Source: Paraspadella gotoi (Eukaryota > Animalia > Chaetognatha). Taken from it: a DNA stretch of 64,000 nt. The notes under the pieces are model-generated. The model was not told the origin of the DNA. It was given only the letters and a program-made list of their open reading frames with translations, and did not search any database. Where the stretch lies: positions 7,482,683-7,546,682 of the forward strand of contig CM119267.1 in NCBI GenBank assembly GCA_051294375.1, written 5' to 3'. Positions 42,750 through 53,371 of this stretch are shown here, one piece after another. Both the position numbers and the translations under genes were made by a program. Each line of letters begins with the position of its first letter. The first letter of the stretch is position 1.

Positions 42750-45700
42750 TTAAAATATTAACCCAAGGTCGACAAAAGACGCCATATCGCCGACACTTCC
42801 CACGTCGGGTGAAGTCACATGGAAGCCGGCGCCGGGTTGCGCCATATAAGATTTACAAGGCAGCGGAATCGCGGATGCATTATGGCGCCGAGTCAAAATC
42901 CATTTGAAACAGTCCTGGTTCAAATATTTTGACACTCGTATAAAATTATAATGCATTGTAATCTGATTGATATTACGACAATAAATCAAAGAAGCGCGAC
43001 TAACCTCTGCGAGCCAACGCCTCAAGTCTACGTCTAGAACATTCTCTAAGAAACGACGCAAGGGTTGAACATGAGTGAAATCCCCATCGAAGGCCGTATT
43101 GAAGTCTTCCACGATAAAGTGGAGCATCTCAGCTTCAGGCATTGGTATATGACCTGTAAGAAACATTTGGATAGTTATTGCAGAGGTTTCTCAGTAATTC
43201 AAATGGAGTACTAATGTAGGTCAAGACCTTTTTTGTTGCGGGGCATTTGAACTTTCGGTATAGAAGAATAATAGTAAAACGCCGGATGGAGGAAATTGGA
43301 TCGATGGGCGTCTGATGGAATCCCAACGGCGCGTCCTAAGAAGAAAATTTAGTTGACAAAAATCTTTGTAAACAGGAATACAGTTCAAGGACTATATTAC
43401 ATTCATAATATAATATGGCAACAGCCGGGTGGGTTGCCGTGATGCCCATTGAGACATCTCACTGTTGGCTTGAGGGGCTACCGACCCTCAGTGACGCCTC
43501 CTGCCACTGGCACGGTTAACCTAGGACGGTCTCGCTTTGCCCACACAGAGGGAAGCTGTTAGGACAGTGGATGGAACACAACGCTTGGGATGATGCGTTC
43601 CCCCTGTGAGCCTCTCATTTATCAATTACTTATGCCATTTTTCAAAAAGTTCCAGTTCTCAACCTGATCGGAAAACGTCAGCACCCGGCGCGGAGAAATC
43701 CTCGCCATATTCCATGACATTCACAACAAGCCGCTGGAAGGAGCATCCCGTCATGTTAACGAAGTCATGCAGCATTCTCACGGGAAATTCTTCATACAAG
43801 GAGAAAGTCGATCCATCCGGCGAGATGGCGTATATATCGCCGAGAACATAAAACATTTGGTACGTTCCTTAAGAGTAAGAATTATGTAAAAAATTAAATT
43901 ATACACTATTCAATGTGATGTGACCGTCATCAATAAAAATTTTGTTGTTGTATTGAATCGTGCAACATATTGAACTTAGTGGAGCTAACCCTAACCCTCC
44001 TTTTAAATCTCTCCTATCCGGACGTAATTAGTACGTAACACTATATACGTAGGCTAACTTATCTTACCGGAGGCTTCGTTTATTCTCTTGACAATGGTAG
44101 AAATGATTTCAGTTATTGGCAGAGTTACATGAGGCCATTCGATCCCGTGATTTTGATATTCGAGCATCCGATGAACTGCGCGCGTGGTATAACGATACCC
44201 GTGAATGAACCCACCTAAAATTTGACTTATAATCATTTCCGTCGAACTGAGAATAAAAATTAACTGATACTTGAAAATTTGTGGATAAGGCGCTATGACG
44301 ACTCTCCGCTACTTCTTTAACCCCCTCTAGCAACCATGGAACGGGTCCTGGGCTTGGAACTAGGCTTGAGGGTTTTCCACGTCCCCAAGGCGGTTTACGG
44401 CCGTCCTCACGCTTCCCGCAGGGTAGATACCGGGTTGGAATTGAACTCGGTACCTAGTGGTCATAAGCTCATGGCTTTACTCATTGAGCCACCGGGTCAA
44501 TACTATCAAGCTTATAGGCGGAGTGAACTTATGTAATGCCCGACTACAAATTAAACAAGAACGGCAATTCCATTGTGTTGCGCCGCAGTTACTTTCTTAT
44601 CGTAAGTATTTTCGGGTGATCACAAGAGCGTTAAACATTCACTGTCGTCTGTACAATAGAATGTACATCGGAATTCAATCTTTTATTATTTATAAGTTTC
44701 CTTTAACAACAAAACTGATCGCGAGCAGTCTCCGAGTTACGAGGTCTTATATGTAACATGAACATTTAAAACATAGGATAAACCAACAGACCGACGGACA
44801 GAACACCAGATCGACCGAAGAGTGACTTATTGAGTTGCTCCGCACGTTCTCGCGGCGCAACTAAAAATACAAATTATGAATTCAATCATTCTACCATACA
44901 AATCCTCTAATTTCTTTCTTACCCGCGCTCTCACGCCAATCTAATCCGTGGGAAATAACCCCTATGAAATACAACCCAGATACGTTTACAGCGCGGTGAT
45001 CGGCACGAATGTTCGGGTACTTTTTTCTTTTGCCAAGAAGACTTCCAGGATCCACAGCGGTGGCCTTAGGCCCTGGCGCTCGTGAAAAAATAGAGTTGTC
45101 ATAACGAAAGCCTAAGCAGCGGATTACTGTGTCAAACCCGGCACGAAAGGGGTAGTTGTCGCCAATTTGCATCGAGCTGTAAATTCCATCATTTCCTGGT
45201 AAGACTTGGATCTTGCCAAGCTCGTCCTTGATCATCTTGATGCCAGTAACATCAACCTGAAATAGCAAATAACTTGACATTCACGATAGATTTCTTTGAG
45301 GAACCCCAACTAGTTGACAATTACGAGTTTCCCTTCCAAAATTGCACCTCGGCCAAAGCATCAAGGGATTTAAGCTGATAAGTGTCAAGGAGGCCATTGT
45401 TGACACCACGGAGGTCACCGACGTAGTGAGTAGACCAGGAGAGTCGAACGCGGGAACGGGCAACGATGTGGATGAAGTTGGTGTTGCCGTAGATGGCGTC
45501 GGCCGTCTCAAATGCCGCATTGCCACGACCCAGGATCATCACCGATTGACCCTCGAAAGACTCACCGTCGGTGGGTATTTCTTCGTATCCAACAGCCAAT
45601 TCCGAGCTGCAGAAAGCGGATTAACACCCAATTGGTTACTGCTGTTGTCTTCATATTAGAAAATGCTCTTTTTCTAACCGAGAATCGGTTCTGAACAAAT

Positions 45701-48700
45701 CACTGAACCAAATTCTATATGATTTTGCATACAGTATCCCAATGGTCATATTAATGGGACTATAGAGGAAATTTTCAAGATTTCGTGTGAACAATTGCAT
45801 TTATGTCTTAACTTTGTAGAAAAACCATTTTATAATATTCATGAATTAAAATTTATTTTTATTCCTTTGCACTGCAGCGCAAAAAAAAGTAGCCACTTGT
45901 TTCACACCAAGAAAAACTATATTGGATGGCTGAATTTAAAAAAACAAAAAAGTATTGAAAGCTGAAGCGATTGGTCCAAGTCCCAATAAAATCGAGCGAA
46001 GCGTTTAAAAGTTATAGTATGGCAACGGAGGGACATGTGTGATGCCTGGGGTGTGAGGCATCTCCCGACAGCTGGCGCTCAGGGCTTTGGACCTGCAGTG
46101 ACCACCCCATGTCACTGGCGTATTTATGCCGACATTATCACTCTTTAACCAGCGTGACCGTGAGGGGATGGAACCCGGAACTCACGGTTGGTGAATAAGT
46201 ACTTAGCTTTTTCAAGCCAATGGGACGAGTTGAGTTTCACCAAGCTTTGCGGGAGGCGAATTTAGGATTCGCCACAATAAGACAAATTCAGCATCAAATA
46301 TCTGTAGGGATAGGTGTCAACTATTTTTTTACCAAAATAAAATTAAAATAAGTAGGGAAACTATACGGAAAAACAATCTTTTAAAAGTAAGGAAAAAGCA
46401 GTTGAGTTACCCAAGATTACTTTCAAAGCTTTTTCATATCTAAATATTTATTCTTATAGCATTTCGTGTTGAAGCAAACTTTTATATTAACATTTAATTA
46501 TATTAAAACTATTTTTTTCATTTTTGTTATAAAATTACTTTTTGATTTTGTAAAAACTTTAAAAAAATTACTTCTTTTTAATATTTATTATTAGATATCA
46601 TATTTAGTATAAATTAAAAAGCTATTTTATAGAAAAAAATTTATTGCTAACCCTTTTATATGTTTAATTTCATTATGATTTTGTCATTTCTATATTATAA
46701 ATAACAGTCAGAAAAAGAAATGTTATCAATACTAACCTTTGGAAATAACTTTTTCCCAATTCCATTTTGAGACTCTGACTTTAAAGTCTTGCTGTATTAT
46801 ACTGCCTGATTTGGTTCTTTTTTTTTTCACCAATCGATAGCTCTTTAAAAAAGCTATACTTTTTAGATATATTTTTTTCAAAATTAAAAAAGAAATAGTG
46901 GTGTATTTAAAGCTAACTAGGGGCTACTTTTTTTTGCGCCGCAGTGAAAACTTGCTTCGTCCACCATTTTAGATCTAATTTTTGCTCTCCACTCGAAAGT
47001 TCTTATGTTTATGAATGATCCTGGAAATAGAGTGAAAATTGTTTTTTGTCATAATAAATATACTTTTCTGAATAAGTAAACGTTTCTGCAACTGATTAAG
47101 ATAAAAAGTTCAAAAAATTTGTCCGCCGGGGCTGACCCCTGGGGGGCCCATATCTCAGGTCATAGGCCAAATTTTAAAAATCTCCTCAATAGTCCCATTT
47201 CTATTGCCCTAAAATAAATTCATGCAAAATTTCAAGTAGTTTGATCGGAACTGATTCTCGGTTCGAAAAAACAGGAGAGCATTTTTTAAAATGAAGGCTT
47301 CTGTATGGTATCCTCATAAAGACTCCTCATTAAAAAAATTAAAGTTAAAAATATTTTTATAATACACACTCCTCATGCCTCACCCTTCAAACTTGGGTTT
47401 GACTGGGGTGTCGGCACCAGTGGCTACAAGCAATGTCTTGCAAAGGTAAGCCTGTCCGCGTTGATCTTTCATGGTGAACATTCCCTCATTAGTTTTGGAT
47501 TCCACCAGTTGCATGATGCCCCTAATTGTTGTATTAAATTGAACCTGACAGTGAGGAATGAGAAACAATTAATAATTACTACCTTAAGTTATTCTTAATA
47601 TTCTCAATTCAAAAAACCTTAATTCCAAGCTTTTTTTGGTAATCTGCTAAATAATCAACCAGTCTGTCAGCGTGAGGGAACATCTTTCTGGAGTAATGCC
47701 GCATGAGTAGAGAGTCATCATCACTCAGTAAAGAGTTCCAATCATGGCGCAGGTTAAATTCCTGTCATTAAAATTTAAACCTATCTCTAACTCGAATTAA
47801 GACATTTTTTTTTGAGGGATTTACAAGTGCAGTATTTAATTGCTGTACTTGTAAATCCCATAAAAAAATGTCTTAATTCAATTTACCTTACCTGTGCATA
47901 TGATGTCCCTTCAAAAATTATCTCTAACTTATTTAGTAATTTATATTCTAATTGATTGATATAGATTACTAATTATAAATTATATTAATTGATAAATTAA
48001 TATATTCTAAATTAAGATCCTCATGGCCGCCCATACGTTCTCTGCATTATAATAGAACTGTCTTTAACCCACTGATATTTAATCAAGTCGATAGATGCAG
48101 TATTAAGGTAAGCCATAACTCAATAAATACCACTCATCCGCAAAGCTGAAGTAACTCACATTGTTTGTTTTCCCCGTGTTGCGCTTATTAATGGATATGA
48201 GTGTTCGGTGCCGCGGGTACTTGAGATAAAAACTCCCTGGAACATTTGCTCGTTCAAAGATGACGTAATCACGGTTAGCTCTAAATAAATTGGGTATTAA
48301 TTTATAGTAAAAATATATTCAGATGGATAACAAAAAAAATTAAACTTTAGATGGAAATTGTCATACCATCTACACTTCTACAGTTTAATCATTCCACACC
48401 ACACAGCATACATATAATTTTAACAAGTGGCGAATCTTAAATTCGCCTCCCGTATAGCTTTGGTGAAACTCGGCTCGTCCCATTGGCTTGGACAGCTAAG
48501 TACTCGTTCACCAACCGTGAGTTCCGGGTTCAATCCCCTCCCGGTCACGCTGGTTAAAGTATGATGGTGTCGGCAGGCATAAACACGCCAGTGACATGGG
48601 GTGGTCACTGCAGGTCTAAAGCCCTGAGCGCCAGCTGTCGGGAGATGCCTTACACCCCGGGCATCACACATGTCTCCCTGTTGCCATAAACTCTCAGTAA

Positions 48701-48928
48701 ACACATTTTGTTAATAGAAATAAAACCATTCATCTTTAGAACCATCTGAGTTTCAATTATTACCAATGCTTCTTACCTTTCCAGAAAAAAGCCCATCTGC
48801 AAACCGGCAGGCCCCGCGCCTATGACGCAATAGTCATGATACACTGATTCAGGAGACGCCGATGAGGGAATCTGAATCAATGTGGACCAAACTATGACAA
48901 AAAAGAGCACAAATTTTGCAGTGCTCAT
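42750..48928 (-). CDS. FOXRED2: FAD-dependent oxidoreductase domain-containing protein 2 (ERFAD)
   Basis: Signal peptide, [91 protein letters not shown]...LRRFLE. The 3' end is less certain. Confidence 0.92.
43414..43605 (-). mobile_element. SINE-like repeat related to the 46018/48427 family
   Basis: Shares the terminal TATGGCAAC...GTGATGCC and internal CAGTGAC...CACTGGC motifs with those copies but is divergent elsewhere; GC-rich island in an AT-rich intron. Confidence 0.5.
44335..44496 (-). mobile_element. tRNA-derived SINE
   Basis: Minus strand begins CCCGGTGGCTCAATGAG (A-box-like) and has GAGTTCAATTCC (B-box-like) at tRNA spacing, followed by a non-tRNA body; no clean acceptor stem. Confidence 0.65.
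44553..44867 (-). mobile_element. Helentron-associated non-autonomous element (HINE/DINE-1-like)
   Basis: Minus strand: TTTTAGTTGCGCCGC (subTIR) with adjacent partial inverted copy GCGGAGCAACT, an internal GTCC/GTCT micro-repeat, a second subTIR GCGGCGCAAC near the far end, ending CTTGTTT. Confidence 0.65.
45870..46946. mobile_element. Non-autonomous TIR element with CACTG termini (CMC/Transib-like ends)
   Basis: CACTGCAGCGCAAAAAAAAGTAGCC versus GGCTACTTTTTTTTGCGCCGCAGTG (1 mismatch in 25 bp); no clear TSD; AT-rich interior without ORF. Confidence 0.75.
46018..46275 (-). mobile_element. SINE-like repeat of about 260 bp, copy 1
   Basis: Close reverse-complement match to 48427-48688 along its whole length. 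Confidence 0.85.
47794..47879. repeat. 86-bp near-perfect inverted repeat (hairpin) in a FOXRED2 intron
   Basis: GAATTAAGACATTTTTTT..GGGATTTACAAGTGCAGTA / TGCTGTACTTGTAAATCCC..AAAAAAATGTCTTAATTC. Confidence 0.9.
48427..48688 (+). mobile_element. SINE-like repeat of about 260 bp, copy 2
   Basis: Terminal hairpin GGCGAAT-CTTAA-ATTCGCC, B-box-like GGGTTCAATCCC at 48526-48537, ends TGTTGCCATA; inverted relative to copy 1. Confidence 0.85.
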
Positions 48929-49668
48929 TTTTCGTCAAATCTAGTTGTAAACTAAACAAAAAAAAAATTATCTTAGACTGAGTTAAGTGACCTAGCGAAC
49001 TATCAATCCATTCTAACAACGCGTTTCAATGACTTTGGCCAAAAATGTACTTTGAAGATCAATGATTTGGTTGCCTGTTTAGTGTTTAATGCTAATGATG
49101 TAACTAAAAAAAACCAGCTAATTAAAACAATAATAAACTATAAAAAATAAATAAAAGAATAAATATAAAAACTATAAAATAATCACAGCAACAAATTTTA
49201 TCAAAAAAAAAAAAACCAAAAAAAAATTCGATTCATTAACGCAAAAATCACATACAATTCTAAATCTGTTGTAAAATATGTATAATAACAAATTTAATAT
49301 TACGATTAGATTGCTGGTCGTTCAAAAAATATGTCATTTTATGAGATATACCATTGTCTAGTTATTTAATGCAAATGGTACAAGCAACATAAAAATTATC
49401 AATTTATTTAATACATAAGGCTTAAGCTATCTTCCTTTATACTTCCCTCTTACAAGATAAAATCAAAGGAGGATCCAGTAAGCTTTCAATCAGGACTTTT
49501 TAGTTTGGCTTCCGTATCTACGAATTTGTATAACATTTAAAAAACGTTTAAATTGTATAAAATGAACTCTCCCTTAAGTATTAGAACGAGGAATAAAATA
49601 CATACTACCCTCAAAAAACAAGAAGCTGACTGTTACGAAATTGGTACAAAAAATATAAAAATTGTCCG

Positions 49669-49739
49669 ATCAAGCTGATCCTTAGACTTAGGCTTAGTCA
49701 GAATCAAGCTGATCCTTAGACTTAGGCTTAGTCAGAATC
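49669..49739. repeat. Perfect 34-bp tandem duplication
   Basis: ATCAAGCTGATCCTTAGACTTAGGCTTAGTCAGA x2. Confidence 0.9.
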
Positions 49740-51042
49740 CATTGAAAACAGTCCTAGGATTAAAAATTTGGTTTGAATAAACTGTAATATAAAATAGAAA
49801 TTTTCAAAGAAACTACACAAGGGTTTAATATGAGATAAATCTCCATAAAACTACATGAAACTTCAATATAGATACATAAAATATACATAATATTATACAT
49901 ACATTAATACATATGTACAAATATGGAAGTGGCAGAGTTATACTTCCAACTATTTAAAATATTATAATAAATAAGTGTGAATCAATACAATTTTCGTGCA
50001 TATTTATACAGTGTGAACAGATCGGATGTAAGAGTAAAAATCACCGGCGGATGGAAGCCCTTCAGCTCATTGACCGGTGCCATTTGTCTCTTGACCAATA
50101 GGAAAGTTCCATTCTGGTTTCAGCGGATTTTACCCGCGTCGCCGATCCGATTTCGATTTTTGATTCCCTGCGATGGGACACAACCTTTATCTAAAAAAAA
50201 AACAAACAAAAACAAACAAACCGATGCATCAGAAATTGTTTAATGAAATATTTTTTATGAATGTAACTGCTCTTTAATTTTCATAAATGCTCCTTATCAA
50301 TTGATATTAATTTATGTTGAAATTCAGATCAGATAATATGACAGAGATAATTTTTTTCAGTTCCCAGTTTTAGAGATTAGCTGCTCTTTGGTGTGGCAGT
50401 ATGACGTAAAACTGCCTTACCACTCTGTTTCAGCCTAATTGAAATGGCTGAATTGGCTTATGAGGCGGGCCAAAATTTATCGCTTTCCATCATTATGATT
50501 TGTTAATACTAAGTTATTTTGTCCTTTAGATACTTAAATCCTTAAAAATCATCATCATCATTCCATAATTTTTATAGTATCCTTTTTATTAGAAAAAACT
50601 CCGTCTGCAATCCGGATGGGCCAGTGCCAATGACACAGGAGTAGTAAAACAAAGACTTGCTTGAGTCGGATGACAGCGTCTTAATCAAAATGAATTAGAC
50701 GATGACTGACGTTCAGGATCCTCATTTTTTTTTCGAGTTCTTATAGAAGATCAATTTAAAAAAACAAAAAATCTAAAGTTGAAAAAAAAATGCGAGGTTA
50801 GAAAATATAGGTAATTATAAAGTTAGTCTACATCCTCTTCAAGCACATCTCTCCTGACAATCACTAATTACTAATTACGTCATGCAAAAGACAACCACCG
50901 CGAGGCTTGTTTTATTTTGTTTTGTTTTATTATTACTACACAACTGTAAAAAAATATATATTTGAAGACGCAGAACAAATTTCTAATTAAAAAAACAAAA
51001 ACAAATTGTCAGAATCATGATAAATCTTACAAAAAAAGGTAT

Positions 51043-52611
51043 TTAGCTACAGGAAGAGTTGCGAGAAACTGCATCCTCCATTAAATGTTGGGTAAAGTGT
51101 TTTCGAGAGGGATAAAAAGAATCACAATTTTGACAAAAATGAATAAATTTCTCGGGACAATGACGATCGTAAATATGTATCTGCAAAGATCCTTCGTTGT
51201 CTCTCAACAATCCGCAATAGTGACAGACACAAAGCCTTTTGTCCAAAACCGTATTGCGAAGAATTTTGACTTTTTCAACGCTGGTGTCTATTTCCGGAAG
51301 CGGTCCTGTTATACGTAAGGCCGTTTCAATAAAAGGTTCAAAGTCATGAACTTGTTTGAAATGGCTTAGTTGATCGGAATCTGCAACTGTATGGTTACAA
51401 ATCCTACATGTCCCCTGTTCGATAGTTATATCATGGATCTTTTTCATATGTTTTATAAATTTATTGTATACATAAGTTCTAAAACAAATGTGACATTTGT
51501 GTCGTAGCACAACTTGGATATTCGAATTGACAGTCATGTTTTCTATCACTGATTCATTGGAAACATTTAATTGATTCGGCTCTAACGTTTGATCTTGCTG
51601 AGCGACAGTGCGAACCACTGATTGAAATTTATGCTTTTTCATCAAATGTTTATTTTCTGACGTTGTGACTAAACCGCAAATTCTACAAGTTTTACCGTCT
51701 ATTATTTTTTGGTGAATGTTGAGGTAATGAGATGCGATTTGGTCGCCTGAAAAGACGTCAAAACACAAGTGACAGCGATACTGCAGATGTTTTGCAAAAC
51801 GAAAGCTGGGGGAATCGATTTGGGATATTTTCGCTAAATGAATCTCAGATGTTTTTGAGTTTTCATCCGATAGCTTGTCGCTTAAAATATCGTTTGAAGC
51901 ATCATTTTCGATCAAAGGTTCTTCAGTGGCTTCGATTTCTTCGAAGTCGTCATAGCTTTCTTCAGCATGGTCATCGGGCATATTAATGTCTAAAAAATCT
52001 AGAGGTTCCTCTTCCTTGGGCGTAACAGAATCGATCAAATCCACAACAGTAGTTTTTTCCTTTGAAGCGGCGGGCCCCTCGAGTTTTAGTCTTTTTGTGG
52101 GACGGTTAACTTCCCCTTCGTTAAAGCTCAACATCGAGGCTCTGTCAATGTTGTTGCACGCGTTTCTAACGGTTTCTTCGTCAAAACGAGGCAAGCCCTC
52201 GTTTGAAGCGGCGTCATTAAAACTATTCTCAACATGCTTGTTTAGCGTTTTTTCATTATTATCGATAGATCGATGGAAATGGCTGGGGAGGCCTAGTTGG
52301 TCCGAAGTATAATTATTGCTAACCGTAGGACTAGGACCTTCATTGGTCGTAAACCCTGAAGAATTAGCGTAAAACTGTGTCTGTGAAACACTATGATAAA
52401 GATGCACCGGGAGGCTTGGGCGAGCAATACCATAATAAGAGGCATTGCTGTTTGATTTTTCTCCTCCATTTTGAAATGGCTCGAATGGTAAAGTTGATCG
52501 TTCCAAAAGAATGTGTTTTTCAGTCTTGAACAAGCTCCAGAGCCCACAGCTTATTTGTCTATGTAGAAGAGCATGAACAGCATTCATAACTTGATCTACT
52601 GAATCCACCAT
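51043..52611 (-). CDS. C2H2-type zinc finger protein, paralog 1 (intronless CDS)
   Basis: 522-aa ORF with six CxxC...H...(H) fingers and an N-terminal motif shared with paralogs 2 and 3. Confidence 0.88.
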   Translation of the reverse strand: MVDSVDQVMNAVHALLHRQISCGLWSLFKTEKHILLERSTLPFEPFQNGGEKSNSNASYYGIARPSLPVHLYHSVSQTQFYANSSGFTTNEGPSPTVSNNYTSDQLGLPSHFHRSIDNNEKTLNKHVENSFNDAASNEGLPRFDEETVRNACNNIDRASMLSFNEGEVNRPTKRLKLEGPAASKEKTTVVDLIDSVTPKEEEPLDFLDINMPDDHAEESYDDFEEIEATEEPLIENDASNDILSDKLSDENSKTSEIHLAKISQIDSPSFRFAKHLQYRCHLCFDVFSGDQIASHYLNIHQKIIDGKTCRICGLVTTSENKHLMKKHKFQSVVRTVAQQDQTLEPNQLNVSNESVIENMTVNSNIQVVLRHKCHICFRTYVYNKFIKHMKKIHDITIEQGTCRICNHTVADSDQLSHFKQVHDFEPFIETALRITGPLPEIDTSVEKVKILRNTVLDKRLCVCHYCGLLRDNEGSLQIHIYDRHCPEKFIHFCQNCDSFYPSRKHFTQHLMEDAVSRNSSCS

Positions 52612-53371
52612 TTTTTATTCTGAAAGTCTCGTTAATTCCTGAAAAAAACATCACGAGGCAAATAAATTCAACGTTTAAATTTCAGGACAACAATTTCTTT
52701 TAAACGAAAAATTACAAATAGTTTTTTATTACATATTTTTGTCAACAGCTTTTTTTTTCGTTCTCCCTTCGGCTTTAACTTTTTCAATTTTTATTTCACT
52801 TCAAGTCAACGTTTATTGAACGAAAAAAATTTTAAAGGCGTGTTTAAAAGAATGTTGGATATATTTGTATAACAATGCCCAATAGAAATAATTGATAATA
52901 ATAATTAATAAACACTACTATATCAGAATTCAGAAAGACAACGAAATTGACTAAGAAAACGAAAACAACAATCATGACGAGAGTGTTCAAATTTTTTAAA
53001 GTTCAAATTTTTTAAAGTTATATGAACCCTCGCATTATTCAATAAAAATTGGATACAATTAAAACTCGATAGCAAAATGGAAACATGCCCGGCCTACCAG
53101 CCCAAGGTCATAGGTTGGATTCCAACAAAAAGGAAAGAGGGAACGAAAGAAAAAGATCAAGATGGAACAAAAGAGTGAGACGGAACGAAAGAGAAAGAGA
53201 TAGAATGAGAAATGTCGGACTCAAATTCTTGAAGAATAACTGAAACTGTCAACATCTCCTAAAAATTACCGCACATCAGAAAAAAAAATTAATGACTGGA
53301 AGAGGTAAACAATTAACCAGACCGTTGCTTATAATGATGGAATTTTATTTCTCTATGGAATTGAATGTTAT

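Larger units (their letters stand above)
45647..47298. mobile_element. Old element with long degenerate TIRs hosting nested insertions
   Basis: Left GTCTTCATATTAGAAAATGCTCT..AACCGAGAATCGGTTC..ATTTTGCAT..AATGGGACTAT is an inverted match to right ATAGTCCCATT..ATGCAAAAT..GAACTGATTCTCGGTT..AGAGCATTTTTTAAAATGAAGGC. Confidence 0.65.

Noticed and set aside
44420-44496. Functional tRNA gene
   Set aside because: A- and B-box-like motifs are present but the acceptor and anticodon stems do not pair cleanly, and it continues into a SINE-like body.
46205-46232. GCCAATGGGAC resembling the HDV ribozyme 3' strand in the SINE-like repeat
   Set aside because: I found no complementary P2 strand (GTCCC) or P3/L3 arrangement upstream on the same strand.
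49680-49735. TTAGAC/TTAGGC/TTAGTC hexamers resembling a telomeric repeat
   Set aside because: Only one exact TTAGGC per 34-bp duplicated unit; insufficient for an interstitial telomere call.
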